64,000 nt of DNA from Corallococcus exercitus (GCF_042231735.1 NZ_CP102577.1:2911281-2975280); one strand, 5' to 3'; positions 9,165 through 19,442 are shown, counted from the stretch's first letter. Notes: generated from the sequence alone by a model not told the origin. Translations and numbers: made by a program.

Positions 9165-11051
9165 TTAGCGGCCCGGCGCCGTCGAGGGTAGCGCCTTCAA
9201 CTTGCGCTCCAGGGAGGTGCGCTGATCCGCGGGCTCGGCGGCCTCCGGCTCCAGCGTCAGCACCTCCAGCGCGCGCTTCCAGACCCGGGCGGCCTCCGGG
9301 GCGCGGCCCGCCTTGAGGTAGGCGTCCCCCAGGTGCTCCAGGATGGCGGGTTCGTCCGGGGACAGGTCCACCGCGCACTCCAGGACCTCCACGGCCTTCC
9401 TCGCTTCGCCGCGCTGGAAGTGCACCCACCCCAGCGAGTCCACGTAGGCGGCGTCGTCGGGCCGGAGCGCCAGCGCGCGGCGCACCAGCCGCTCCGCCTC
9501 GTCCAGGTCCCGGCCCCGCTGCGCCAGCACGTAGCCCATGAAGTTCAGCGCCGCGGAGTGGTCCGGCTTCAGCGCCAGCACCGCCCGCATGCGCGACAGC
9601 GCCCCCTCCACGTCCCCCTGGCGCTCCAGCAGGGTGCCCAGGGCGAACTGCAGGTCCTGGTTCCTGGGCGCCTTGGCCACGGCGTCCCGCAGGAGCGCGA
9701 GCGCATCCGGGGCCCGGCCCTGGCGCTCCAGCAGGGTGGCCAGCGCGTCGTACGCCATCGCCCCACCCTGCCCCGCCAGCGCCTCGCGCAGCACGCCTTC
9801 CGCCTTCGCGGCCGCCCCGCTCCGCTCCAGCGCCCGGGCGTAGCCGACGCGCACCTCCACGTCATCGGGCGCCTCCGCCATGGCGGCACGGTAGAGGGCC
9901 AGCGCGCGCGGATGGTCCCCCGCCAGCGACAGGCAGCGGGCCTGGCGCACGCGGGCGTCCGGGAACACCTCCGAGTCCGGGGGCACGCTGGCGAAGTCCG
10001 CGGCGGCGACGGTGAAGCGGCGCGTCCGCTCCGCGACGAGGCCCGCGTAGTACGCCAGCCGGGGCTCGTCCGGCGCGTCCTTGCGCGCGGCGTCCAGCAC
10101 CTCCTTCGCGGCGGCGGGCTCGCCCGAGGCCAGGTAGCTGAAGGCCACCCGCACGGCCAGCTCCGGCGACGCGGACAGCGACAGCAGCCGGTCGAAGTAC
10201 GCCCGCGCCCGCGTCACCGACCCGCCCTTCAGCGCGGCGCGGCCCGCCGACAGCAGCACCTCGCGGCTGTCCGGATCCGCCTCCAGCGCGCGGGCCAGCG
10301 CGTCCTCCGCGTCCCTCGCCCGGCCGGACTCCTCGTGGAGGCGGGCCAGCGTGGACCACACCTCCACGTCGCCCGGGTCGCGCTCGGCGGCCTTCGCGAG
10401 CAGGCGCTCGGCGCGGGCCGCGTCGCCGCGCTCGGCCAGGACGAGCCCCAGCCGCCGGTAGCCGGAGGGCTCCCCCGGCAGCGCGTGGGCCAGCGCCTCC
10501 ACGACCTTCACCGCCTCGTCGGGGTCCTTCGCGTCGAGGTACAGCTGCGACAGGACGAGGTACGCCTCCGGGTCGCGGGGGCGCAGGGCCACCGCGCGGC
10601 GCAGGTGCTGGCGGGCGCGCGGCGCACGGCCGGACTCCATCAGCACCCGGCCCAGGAGCACGTGAGCGGCGTAGTGCTTGGGGGCCTTCTCCACGGCGCG
10701 GCGCAGCTCGCGCTCGGCGCGCGCCAGGTCGCCCAGGCGCGCGTACTCCTCGCCCAGCTGGGTGAGGAGGTTCGGGTTGCCGTCGTCGGTGGCGAGCGCC
10801 AGCCGCAGCTCGTCCACCGCGCCCCGGTGGTTGCCCTCCAGGTGCATGAGCCGCGACTGGAGGTAGTGCGCGTAGCTGGCGGACGACGCGGACGGCTCGT
10901 CGTCGCGGTTGCTCGCGTCCATGGCCTCGCGCATCGCCTCGCGGTCGACGTGCGGGGCCGGGGCCTTCCTCGCGGGCGCGGCCCCCGAACCTCCGGCGGC
11001 CAGCGCGAGGCACAACACGGCGGCACGGCTGAGGAGCGGGAGCGGGCGCAC
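9165..11051 (-). CDS. Secreted TPR-repeat protein
   Basis: ORF 9165..11222(-); probable GTG start at 11051 (VRPLPLLSRAAVLCLALAAGGSGA signal peptide) which avoids overlap with upstream kinase; >10 TPR units. Confidence 0.7.
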   Translation of the reverse strand: MRPLPLLSRAAVLCLALAAGGSGAAPARKAPAPHVDREAMREAMDASNRDDEPSASSASYAHYLQSRLMHLEGNHRGAVDELRLALATDDGNPNLLTQLGEEYARLGDLARAERELRRAVEKAPKHYAAHVLLGRVLMESGRAPRARQHLRRAVALRPRDPEAYLVLSQLYLDAKDPDEAVKVVEALAHALPGEPSGYRRLGLVLAERGDAARAERLLAKAAERDPGDVEVWSTLARLHEESGRARDAEDALARALEADPDSREVLLSAGRAALKGGSVTRARAYFDRLLSLSASPELAVRVAFSYLASGEPAAAKEVLDAARKDAPDEPRLAYYAGLVAERTRRFTVAAADFASVPPDSEVFPDARVRQARCLSLAGDHPRALALYRAAMAEAPDDVEVRVGYARALERSGAAAKAEGVLREALAGQGGAMAYDALATLLERQGRAPDALALLRDAVAKAPRNQDLQFALGTLLERQGDVEGALSRMRAVLALKPDHSAALNFMGYVLAQRGRDLDEAERLVRRALALRPDDAAYVDSLGWVHFQRGEARKAVEVLECAVDLSPDEPAILEHLGDAYLKAGRAPEAARVWKRALEVLTLEPEAAEPADQRTSLERKLKALPSTAPGR

Positions 11052-11056
11052 GCGGG

Positions 11057-13570
11057 CTAGTGGACCTCGGGCGGAGGCGCCCCCAGCTTCTCCAGCAGCT
11101 TCTCCACCGGATCGCTGTCCTGGCTGACGTCCGCCATGGCGGCCCGGTACTCGATGGAGGTCACCTTCTCCACGTCCGGCATCAGGCGGTTGATGACCGT
11201 GCGCGCCGCGTCCGCGTTGCACTCGGGCAGCACCACCGCGAAGACGCCCAGTCCCAGGTGGGCGATGGAGTCCGGGTGGCGCACGCGCTTGCGCATCACG
11301 TCCCCCATGTTGGGCGGCATCTCCTCCAGCTCGCGGTCCGGACGGAGCACCGCCAGCGTGAGGGCGCGGTGGTAGCGCCGGCTGCGGGCCACCTCCTGCT
11401 CCAGCCGCAGGAGCAGGCCGCGGCGGTCGAGCAGGCCCGTCGCCGGGTCGCTGCCGGTGCGCCGCTGGAGCGAGTTCGTCTTGTCCTGCTGGTCCTTCTC
11501 ACCCTGGCGCAGCTTGAGCGCGCGCTCGGTGCGGTTGAGCAGCTCCACCGCGTTGAAGGGCTTGGCCATGTAGTCCACCGCGCCCAGGTTGAGCGCGCGG
11601 ACCTTGTCGGCCACGCCCTGGTGGGCGGACAGCAGGATGACGGGGATGTGCGCCGTGTCCGACGAGGACTTGAGCGCCATGGCCGCGTCCAGGCCGTCCA
11701 GCTTGGGCAGGAACACGTCCATGACCACCAGGTCCGGCCGGGACGCCCGCGCCTTCGCCAGGCCCTCCGCGCCGTCGCGCGCCACCTCCACGCGGTACTT
11801 CGAGCGCAGCACCTCCGACAGCACGGCCGCGATCTCCGGCTCGTCCTCCACCACCAGCACGCGCGGCTGCTCGGGCGCGGCGCCGGGCGCGGGCTGCGGC
11901 CGGGGGTTGCGCGCGGCTTCCTGCGCCAGCGGCAGCGTGAAGACGAAGGTGCAGCCGCCGTCGGCCGGGCTCTCCGCCCAGATTTCACCGCCGTGCAGCT
12001 CCACGAACTCCTTGCAGATGGCCAGCCCCAGCCCCGTGCCCTTGGGCCCGTGGCGGTAGCGGTCGAACACGAGGTGCAGCTCGTCCGGGGGGATGCCCAC
12101 CCCGTTGTCGCTCACCATGACGCGCACCGCGTCGCCATCCGGGCGGGACAGCCGCTGCGTGCGCACCACGACCGAGCCCGGATCGCTGGCGTGCTGGATG
12201 GCGTTGCTGATGAGGTTCTGCAGCACCTCGTGCAGCTTCACCTCGTCGCCAATCAGCATCAGGCTGTCGGGGCACTCGGAGCGCAGCGCCACGGCCTTCT
12301 CCGCCGCGAGGATTTCCAGCTCCGCCACGGCGTCGCGGCACAGCTGCGCCACGTCCAGCACGCGGGGCTCGATGGACAGCCGCGCCGCCTCGCCCTTGCC
12401 CTTCTCCAGCAGGGACTCGACCAGGGTGAGGATCTTCCGGCCCTGGCGGATCATCGCGTCCGCGGACTGCTTCTGCTGCGCCTCCAGCGGCCCTTCCAGG
12501 AGGAGCCGGCCGTGCCCCAGGAGCACCTGGAGCGGGGCGCGCAGGTCGTGGCTGCACACCGCGATGATCTCATCCTTGAGGCGGTTGAGCTCCTTGAGGC
12601 GGCGGTTCGCGTCGTTGAGCTCGCGGTAGCGCTCCACGTACGCCAGCTCCAGGTCCTCGCGCTTCTTCTTCACCGCCGTGTGCAGGCGCGCGTTGCGGAT
12701 GGAGTTGGCGAGCACGCCCGCCACCGCCTCCGCGAACTCCTGCTCGTCGCGCCCGATGGACGCCTCGCCCTTGGACACGCGCAGGAAGAGCGCGCCCAAG
12801 AGGTCGTCCTGGCAGATGAGCGGCTGCACCAGGATGGACTTCACGCCCTGGGGCAGCAGCGACGTGCGCACCTCCGCCATCAGCGGGTCGCGCTGCGCCT
12901 CTTCAATCAGCACGGGCTGCCGCGTCTCCAGCGCGCGGCGCAGCTCCGGGTAGCGCGCCACCTCGATGTCCAGCTGGACGAGGCTGGGGTCCTCCTGCGT
13001 CGCGACGACCGTGGCCGTGCGCGCGTGGCTGCCCTCCACCAGCACCACGGAGCAGCGGTCCGTGCCGGTGACCTGGCCGACCTTCTCCACCGCGATGCGG
13101 AGGATCTCCTCCAGCTCCAGGGAGCTGGTGGCCGCCTGGGTGATTTCGAGCAGCATCCCCATGCGCATGCGGATGCGCTCCTCGCGCTCCTTCAGCCTCC
13201 AGGCGCGCAGGGCGGACTCCAGCCGGGGCACCAGCTCATCCGCGCCGCGCACGAAGTCGTCCACCGCCAGCCGCTTGAAGGCCTCCGCGGAACGGGCACG
13301 GCCCTGGTCCACCAGCACCGGCAGGCGCTGGAGCTTGTCCGTCTTGCGCACCGTCTCCAGCAGCTCCGCCGCCCGCTTGGCCGTCACGGCCAGGAGCACC
13401 ACCTCTGGCTGGAGCTGGTCCACCATCTCCGCCAGCCCGGTCTCCCGTTCGGTGGAGGCGCACTGATAGCCACTCGCCGTGAGCCGCTCCACCAGCGCGT
13501 CACCCGCGGCCTTCGCCGCGAGTACGAGCACCCGCCCCCGCTGCTCCGACGACAACATCTCGATCCTCAC
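11057..13570 (-). CDS. Hybrid sensor histidine kinase: N-terminal receiver-like, GAF, HisKA/HATPase, receiver, and degenerate GGDEF-like C-terminal domain
   Basis: H-box AVCSHDLRAPL, HATPase G-boxes (DNGVGI, GTGLGLAI), receiver VLVVEDEPE...D, C-terminal DPATGLLDRRG... lacking GG(D/E)EF. Confidence 0.85.
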   Translation of the reverse strand: MRIEMLSSEQRGRVLVLAAKAAGDALVERLTASGYQCASTERETGLAEMVDQLQPEVVLLAVTAKRAAELLETVRKTDKLQRLPVLVDQGRARSAEAFKRLAVDDFVRGADELVPRLESALRAWRLKEREERIRMRMGMLLEITQAATSSLELEEILRIAVEKVGQVTGTDRCSVVLVEGSHARTATVVATQEDPSLVQLDIEVARYPELRRALETRQPVLIEEAQRDPLMAEVRTSLLPQGVKSILVQPLICQDDLLGALFLRVSKGEASIGRDEQEFAEAVAGVLANSIRNARLHTAVKKKREDLELAYVERYRELNDANRRLKELNRLKDEIIAVCSHDLRAPLQVLLGHGRLLLEGPLEAQQKQSADAMIRQGRKILTLVESLLEKGKGEAARLSIEPRVLDVAQLCRDAVAELEILAAEKAVALRSECPDSLMLIGDEVKLHEVLQNLISNAIQHASDPGSVVVRTQRLSRPDGDAVRVMVSDNGVGIPPDELHLVFDRYRHGPKGTGLGLAICKEFVELHGGEIWAESPADGGCTFVFTLPLAQEAARNPRPQPAPGAAPEQPRVLVVEDEPEIAAVLSEVLRSKYRVEVARDGAEGLAKARASRPDLVVMDVFLPKLDGLDAAMALKSSSDTAHIPVILLSAHQGVADKVRALNLGAVDYMAKPFNAVELLNRTERALKLRQGEKDQQDKTNSLQRRTGSDPATGLLDRRGLLLRLEQEVARSRRYHRALTLAVLRPDRELEEMPPNMGDVMRKRVRHPDSIAHLGLGVFAVVLPECNADAARTVINRLMPDVEKVTSIEYRAAMADVSQDSDPVEKLLEKLGAPPPEVH

Positions 13571-14009
13571 GGCGCGCCTCCGCCCCGCCCAGCCAGGGAA
13601 CGACGTCGCGGAAACCCGTTGGGTGCGAAAGGGGTCATGTTCGATTCCGGATCATGCCGTCTAACCCGTCCGCGGGCCAGCGGATGGACGGGGCTCTCCT
13701 GAGCGAGAGGGGTGAGGAAAGGCGCGCGACGTATACCCCGGCCCGGTGTTCTTCCTCCGGAATCCCGCACGCGCGTGACGGTCTGGTGACCGGGACCGCC
13801 TGCCCAGCCCCTTGATGGGGTGGAACAGCGCGAAAACAGTCAGGCTGTCACTTTCTTCCCTTACCACTCTTCCAACCTGGCCGGAGGCTGGCCGGGCAGG
13901 CAGGCGTCGGTGGCCGTTTCCGGCGGCCTTCGCGATCAGGATTGAGGCGGAAAGCAGGTGGGGCGTGGCCTCGCCCGCTTCCCGAGGGAGCGCGGTAGAG
14001 TGCGAAACC

Positions 14010-15569
14010 ATGCACTCCGTCCCTTCGCGCCCGTTCTCGCAGCGGGCCTTCCTGGCCACGCTGACCTTCTGCGCTTCCGTGTTCGCCGCCTGCGGCGACC
14101 CGAAGCCGCCGCCCACCCCGGACCCGCCGGTGGTGACCCTCACCGTGCCGCAGCCCAACACGGCGGCCCCGTCGCTGACGGTGCGGGTCATCGTGGCCGG
14201 GTGTGACTCCGTGGCGCAGGTGGACATCTACGACCGGGACACGTTCCTCAAGACGGTCCCCTACACCAGCGGGTCCATGGACTTCGAGCTGGCGTCGACG
14301 GAGATCAAGTACACCCGCGGCCTCGCCGTGAACCTGTCGCTCAACGCGCGGGCGACGTGCTCTGACGGCCGGACCAACGTGTCCCAGCCGCAGGCGGCCA
14401 CGTTCCTGCCGGTGACGAAGGTGGTCAAGGACCCGGATCCCAACGGCCAGGTGGTGACGGACTTCTTCATCGCCGAGGGCAGCGGCGCGAACGTCGCCTT
14501 CATCGGGTGCGGCAACCCCACCACCGGAACCGGCACCCTCTTCCGGGTGGACTCGGCGGGCGAGGTCCGCAACTCGGTGACCCTGGGCATCCCGTGCAAC
14601 GCGACCACGGTCATCACCAGCATCAACCCGGTGAGCGGCAAGCGGTGGGTGTGGACGCCCGGCTCGGGCGCGGTGGCGGTGGACTCCAACTTCACCATCA
14701 GCGGCCGCACGTCGCCCACGTACTTCCTGGTCCACCTGTCGGTGATGGCCAATGGCGACGCGCTCGTGCGCGACCGCTACACGGTGTCCCGCCTCAAGCA
14801 TGCCAACGCCGGCGGCACCTTCCAGTGGACGTACAAGGGCGCGGTGCTGGGCCCCATCAGCCCGCCGCAGGAGAAGGGCCAGCAGGTGCTGGTGCCCTAC
14901 GTGGCGCAGCTGGAGTTCTCGCAGGTGCCGCAGGTCATCGTGGCCTACCTCGACGCGAACGGCACGAGCCAGGAGCTGCAGCCCGTGCAGGAGAAGAAGA
15001 TCTTCGCGTACAACGGCGAGCTGGATGCGCCGCCCGTCACCGCGTTCAGCCCGGACGGGTCCACCCTCTACGTGGCGTTCCTCCTCGCCAACAACCAGTC
15101 GAAGGTGCAGGCCTGCTCCACGGACCTGGAGGGCTGCGAGGGCGCCGCCTTCAAGTGGAGCAGCGACACGTTCCCGGTGCCGCTGAACTTCCTGATGCCC
15201 TTCTCCGCGGGCTCGAAGCTGGCGGCCATCGGCACGCAGCGCGTGTGGTTCCTGGATTCGACGAACGGCATCATCACCAACAAGAACCGCACGTCCGTGG
15301 ACGCGTCCGGTCAGCTGCGCATCTCGCAGGTGCAGCTGGGCCAGGCGACGAGCCCCGAGTTCTACCTGCTCAACGCCCCGAACGTGGACGGCGCCCTGCC
15401 CGTGGAGATCGTCGCGGTGGACTCCGCCGAAAAGGGCGAGCTGTTCCGCTACGAGGTCTCCAGCAGCCTGTCCTGCTCCGTGGATGACAGCGGGCGGCTG
15501 TGGATGCGCGTGGGCAACAACCTGGTCCAGGCCCTGCCGCTGAGCGACTACCGCGCCGTCCGGCCGTGA
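14010..15569 (+). CDS. Hypothetical lipoprotein (519 aa)
   Basis: In-frame ATG at 14010 gives MHSVPSRPFSQRAFLATLTFCASVFAAC lipobox; longer ORF start at 13812 rejected. Confidence 0.6.
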   Translation: MHSVPSRPFSQRAFLATLTFCASVFAACGDPKPPPTPDPPVVTLTVPQPNTAAPSLTVRVIVAGCDSVAQVDIYDRDTFLKTVPYTSGSMDFELASTEIKYTRGLAVNLSLNARATCSDGRTNVSQPQAATFLPVTKVVKDPDPNGQVVTDFFIAEGSGANVAFIGCGNPTTGTGTLFRVDSAGEVRNSVTLGIPCNATTVITSINPVSGKRWVWTPGSGAVAVDSNFTISGRTSPTYFLVHLSVMANGDALVRDRYTVSRLKHANAGGTFQWTYKGAVLGPISPPQEKGQQVLVPYVAQLEFSQVPQVIVAYLDANGTSQELQPVQEKKIFAYNGELDAPPVTAFSPDGSTLYVAFLLANNQSKVQACSTDLEGCEGAAFKWSSDTFPVPLNFLMPFSAGSKLAAIGTQRVWFLDSTNGIITNKNRTSVDASGQLRISQVQLGQATSPEFYLLNAPNVDGALPVEIVAVDSAEKGELFRYEVSSSLSCSVDDSGRLWMRVGNNLVQALPLSDYRAVRP

Positions 15570-15578
15570 CGGTGGCCG

Positions 15579-16319
15579 TCAGGGCCTGTCGGCGACGAGG
15601 AGCGCTTCCACGTTGCCGGCGGGCCCGGGCACGGGTGAGTCCATCACCCCGCGCACGGTGAGCCCGTGCTCGCGCACGAACGCCGTCACGGTGTCGATGG
15701 CGTCCTGCCGGGCCGCGGGGTCGCGCACCACGCCGCCCTTGCCCACCCGGTCCGGCCCCACCTCGAACTGGGGCTTCACCAGGGCGATGAGCAGGCCGCC
15801 CGGCAGGAGGAACGGCAGCACCGACGGCAGCACCTGGGTGAGCGAGATGAAGCTCACGTCGATGACGACCACGCCCACCTTCTCCGGCAGGTCCTCGTCC
15901 GTGAGGTAGCGCGCGTTGACCCGCTCGCGCGAGCGGACGCGCGGGTCCACGCGCAGCTTCTCGTGGAGCTGGCCGTAGCCCACGTCGATGGCGTGCACGC
16001 GCACGGCGCCGTGCTGGAGCAGGCAGTCGGTGAAGCCGCCGGTGCTGGCGCCGATGTCCGCGCCCACGCGGCCCGTCACGTCCAGGCCGAAGCGGTCCAT
16101 GGCCGCCTTCAGCTTGAGGCCACCGCGAGACACGTACGGCAGCACCTCGCCCTTGAGGCGCAGCTCGGCTTCCACGGGGACCAGGGAGCCGGGCTTGTCC
16201 ACGCGCTGATCCGCGACCACGACCTGGCCGGCGAGGATGAGCGCCTGGGCCTTGGTGCGCGACTCGGCGAGCCCGCGCTCCACGACCAGCACGTCCAGCC
16301 GTTCCTTCTTCGGCTTCAC
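15579..16319 (-). CDS. tlyA: TlyA-family rRNA 2'-O-methyltransferase (haemolysin A-like)
   Basis: S4 domain + FtsJ-like MTase (ADIGASTGGFTDCLLQHGA); ATGA overlap with dxs stop. Confidence 0.85.
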   Translation of the reverse strand: MKPKKERLDVLVVERGLAESRTKAQALILAGQVVVADQRVDKPGSLVPVEAELRLKGEVLPYVSRGGLKLKAAMDRFGLDVTGRVGADIGASTGGFTDCLLQHGAVRVHAIDVGYGQLHEKLRVDPRVRSRERVNARYLTDEDLPEKVGVVVIDVSFISLTQVLPSVLPFLLPGGLLIALVKPQFEVGPDRVGKGGVVRDPAARQDAIDTVTAFVREHGLTVRGVMDSPVPGPAGNVEALLVADRP

Positions 16320-18127
16320 CGGCGCTCCTCTCCGAGCAGCGCATGGCCCGCGTGCCGCAGGCCCGCCGCGTCCAGTCCCAGCTGGGTGCGCTGCACCCGC
16401 GCGTCTCCGTGCGGCAGGAACACGTCCGGCATGCCCAGGAGCTTCACCCGGGGGGCGATGCCGGCCGCCGCGTACAGCTCCAGCACCGCGCTGCCCAGGC
16501 CGCCCCGGACGGTGCCCTCCTCCGCCACCACCACGTGCCCGCCCGCCGCGGCCTCCAGGAGCGCCGCTTCATCCAGGGGCCACGCCCGGCGCGCGTCCAG
16601 GACGCTCCAGTCCGGCTCGTTGCGAGCAGCCTCCAGCGCGGACAGCCCCAACGGCCCGAGCGTCACCAGCGTCAGACGCGAGCCGGGCACGCGCCTCAGC
16701 CAGCGGGCGCCTGAAGCCGTGAACGCGTCTGGCGCCGGCTGCACGGGCGCGGGCGCACCAGCGGACGGCCTGGGCACCTCGGGCTCCGCCTGGGCCAGCT
16801 CCAGCGGAAGGTCCGGCAGCGTGCCTCGCGGGAAGCGCAGCACGGAAGGCCCGGACGCCTGGAGCGCGGTGGCGAGCATGGGCGCCAGGTCCTCGCCCAC
16901 CATCGGAGCCCACTGCGTGAGGCCCGGCAGCGGCCGGAGGAAGGACACGTCGTAGGCGCCCTGGTGCGTGGCGCCGTCCGCGCCCACGAGCCCCGCCCGG
17001 TCCACCGCGAAGACCACGGGCAGGCCCGGCAGGCACACGTCGTGGACCACCTGGTCGTACGCGCGCTGGAGGAAGGTGGAGTAGATGACGCAGACCGGCT
17101 TCGCCCCCGCCGCGGCCAGCCCCGCGCAGAAGGTGACGGCGTGCTGCTCGGCGATGCCCACGTCGTGCACGCGGTCCGGGAAACGCGCCTTCAGGCCGGT
17201 GAGCGCGCTGCCCTCCAGCATCGCGGGCGTCACGGCCACCACGCGCGGGTCGCGCTCCAGCGCTTCGCCCAGCACCTGCGCGAAGGCCTCGCTGAACGTG
17301 GGCCGGCCCCCGCGCGAGCGCACCAGCTTGCCGTCGCGCCACTCGTACGGCCCCATCGCGTGGCCGCGCGTCTGCTCGTCGGCCTCCGCCGGTGGAAAGC
17401 CGCGCCCCTTCTTCGTCAGCGCGTGCACCACCACCGGGCGCGAGGACGCCTTCGCCTCGCGCAGCGCGCGGGTGAGCGCCCCCAGGTCGTGCCCGTCCAC
17501 CGGGCCCAGGTACGTGAAGCCCAGCGACTCGAAGAAGGCGCGGGCGTTGCGCGTGCGCAGGAGCGCGGGGATGGCGCCCACGTTCGCGCTGATGGACATC
17601 TGGTTGTCGTTGAGCACCACCACGAGCGGCAGCGGACTGCCTCCCGCGTTGTTGAGCCCCTCGAAGCTCAGGCCCCCGGTGAGCGCGCCGTCGCCCACCA
17701 CGGCGACCACGTGGCCCGGGTGGCCCAGCTGCCGCCGGCCGGCGAGCAGGCCCAGCGCCGCGGAGATGGCCGTGCACGCGTGCCCCGCCGCCAGCGCGTC
17801 GTGGTGGCTCTCGCGCGGATCCAGGAACGGCGCGATGCCGCCCGCCTGCCGCAGCGTGTGCATGCGGTCGCGGCGGCCGGTGAGCAGCTTGTGCGCGTAC
17901 GCCTGGTGTCCCACGTCGAAGAGGAGCGCGTCCTGCGGCGTGTGGAAGACGCGGTGGAGGGCCACCACCAGCTCCACCGCGCCCAGCGACGCGCCCAGGT
18001 GGCCGCCCACGCGGCCGCACGTGGTGATGATGGCCTCGCGCAGCGCCTCGCACAGGCCGGGCAGCGCGGCCTCGGGGAGCGCGCGCACATCCGCGGGAGA
18101 CGCCACTCCGGACAGCACGTCCGCCAT
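16316..18127 (-). CDS. dxs: 1-deoxy-D-xylulose-5-phosphate synthase
   Basis: Start MADVLSGVASPADV at 18127 (ATGA overlap with ispA stop); TPP motif GDGALTGG, HQAYAHK; 603 aa; ORF upstream extension (Arg/Gly-rich) rejected. Confidence 0.9.
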   Translation of the reverse strand: MADVLSGVASPADVRALPEAALPGLCEALREAIITTCGRVGGHLGASLGAVELVVALHRVFHTPQDALLFDVGHQAYAHKLLTGRRDRMHTLRQAGGIAPFLDPRESHHDALAAGHACTAISAALGLLAGRRQLGHPGHVVAVVGDGALTGGLSFEGLNNAGGSPLPLVVVLNDNQMSISANVGAIPALLRTRNARAFFESLGFTYLGPVDGHDLGALTRALREAKASSRPVVVHALTKKGRGFPPAEADEQTRGHAMGPYEWRDGKLVRSRGGRPTFSEAFAQVLGEALERDPRVVAVTPAMLEGSALTGLKARFPDRVHDVGIAEQHAVTFCAGLAAAGAKPVCVIYSTFLQRAYDQVVHDVCLPGLPVVFAVDRAGLVGADGATHQGAYDVSFLRPLPGLTQWAPMVGEDLAPMLATALQASGPSVLRFPRGTLPDLPLELAQAEPEVPRPSAGAPAPVQPAPDAFTASGARWLRRVPGSRLTLVTLGPLGLSALEAARNEPDWSVLDARRAWPLDEAALLEAAAGGHVVVAEEGTVRGGLGSAVLELYAAAGIAPRVKLLGMPDVFLPHGDARVQRTQLGLDAAGLRHAGHALLGEERR

Positions 18128-19020
18128 CAGGACTTCCGCTCCACCGAGTAGCGCGCCAGCGCCGCCAGCGGTCCGTCCGCGCCCTCCAGCGGGCGCACCG
18201 CCGCCTCCGCCCGGGCCACCAGGTCCGCGGCCATGCGGCGCGACTCGTCCAGCCCCACCACCGCCGGGAAGGTGAAGCGCCCGGCCTCCGCGTCCGCGCC
18301 CACCGGCTTGCCCATGGCCTCCGCGCTCGACGTCACGTCCAGCACGTCGTCGGCGATCTGGAAGGCCAGGCCCACTGCTTCTCCGTACGTCACCGCGCTC
18401 GCGAGCGCCGCCGCGTCGCCCCCCGCCGCCAGGACGCCCATCCGGCATGCCGCCAGGATGAGCGCGCCCGTCTTCATCCGGTGCAGCCGCAGGAGGTAGT
18501 CCAGCGTCGCGGCCCGGTCCGCCGCGATGTCCAGCACCTGCCCGCCCACCATGCCCGCCGCGCCCGCCGCGCGCGCCAGCTCCGCGCACAGCGTGCCGCG
18601 CACCGGCTCCGGCCCGGAGGCGAGCAGCGTGAAGGCCTCCGTGAGCAGCGCGTCCCCGGCCAGCAGCGCCACCGCTTCCCCGTGGACCTTGTGGTTCGTG
18701 GGCACGCCCCGGCGCAGGTCGTCGTTGTCCAGGCAGGGCAGGTCGTCATGCACCAGCGAGTACGTGTGCACGTACTCCAGCGCGCACGCGGCATCCCGCA
18801 CGACGGCGGTGTCGGTGCTCGACTTCGCCACCGCGTCCGCGAAGGCCAGGCACAGCACCGGGCGCAGGCGCTTGCCACCCGCGAGCAGCGAGTAGCGCAT
18901 GGACTCCGCCAGCCGGGGCGGCGTGCCCGCGGGGCCCCAGCGGTCCGCGCTCTCGCGCAGGAGCGCCTCCACCCGCGCCTGGCTCGAGCGCATGAAGGGT
19001 TCCAGGTTGAAAGCGGCCAT
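18127..19020 (-). CDS. ispA: Polyprenyl (farnesyl/geranylgeranyl) diphosphate synthase
   Basis: Start MAAFNLEPFMRS at 19020; DDxxD motifs LVHDDLPCLDNDDLRRG and FQIADDVLD. Confidence 0.85.
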   Translation of the reverse strand: MAAFNLEPFMRSSQARVEALLRESADRWGPAGTPPRLAESMRYSLLAGGKRLRPVLCLAFADAVAKSSTDTAVVRDAACALEYVHTYSLVHDDLPCLDNDDLRRGVPTNHKVHGEAVALLAGDALLTEAFTLLASGPEPVRGTLCAELARAAGAAGMVGGQVLDIAADRAATLDYLLRLHRMKTGALILAACRMGVLAAGGDAAALASAVTYGEAVGLAFQIADDVLDVTSSAEAMGKPVGADAEAGRFTFPAVVGLDESRRMAADLVARAEAAVRPLEGADGPLAALARYSVERKS

Positions 19021-19025
19021 CGGCG

Positions 19026-19415
19026 TCAGGGCTCCTTCGCCACGTCGGCGGGGATGAGTTGGCGGATGCGCTTGACGAGCGCGTCCAGCTCCAGCGGCTT
19101 CACGAAGTAGTCGGCCGCGCCGACCTCCATGCCGCGCCGTTTGTCCTCCGGGTCTCCCCGCCCGCTGATGAAGATGATGGGGATGTCCCGGAACTGCTTG
19201 TTCTGCTTCACGGCCTGACACAGCTCGAAGCCGTTGATCCAGGACATGTTCACGTCCAGGAGGATGGCGTGCGGCCGGTGCAGCTCCAGCGACGCGACCA
19301 GCCGCAGGCCGTTGGCCGCGGACATGACCTCGAACCCCTCGGCCCCCAGGGCCTCGGCGAGCAGCTCGCGCGTGTCGCGGTCGTCATCGACAATCGTAAT
19401 CTTCGGCTTCGACAT
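19026..19415 (-). CDS. Single-domain response regulator (CheY-like receiver)
   Basis: ITIVDDDRDTRELL...ILLDVNMSWINGFEL...KPLE; 129 aa. Confidence 0.8.
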   Translation of the reverse strand: MSKPKITIVDDDRDTRELLAEALGAEGFEVMSAANGLRLVASLELHRPHAILLDVNMSWINGFELCQAVKQNKQFRDIPIIFISGRGDPEDKRRGMEVGAADYFVKPLELDALVKRIRQLIPADVAKEP

Positions 19416-19442
19416 GCCCGGCCTCCGCCCTTCCCCTGATGC

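Noticed and set aside
13630-13660. tRNA-like T-loop sequence GTTCGATTCC
   Set aside because: Flanking sequence cannot form a 5-bp T-stem with a 7-nt loop and no acceptor, D or anticodon arms are recognisable; isolated motif only
11060-13702. 880-aa plus-strand ORF
   Set aside because: Antisense to the hybrid histidine kinase, which has unambiguous H-box and ATPase motifs
16569-18053. 494-aa minus-strand ORF and several 300-400-aa plus ORFs over dxs
   Set aside because: Alternative frames of dxs; only the dxs frame yields TPP/transketolase motifs
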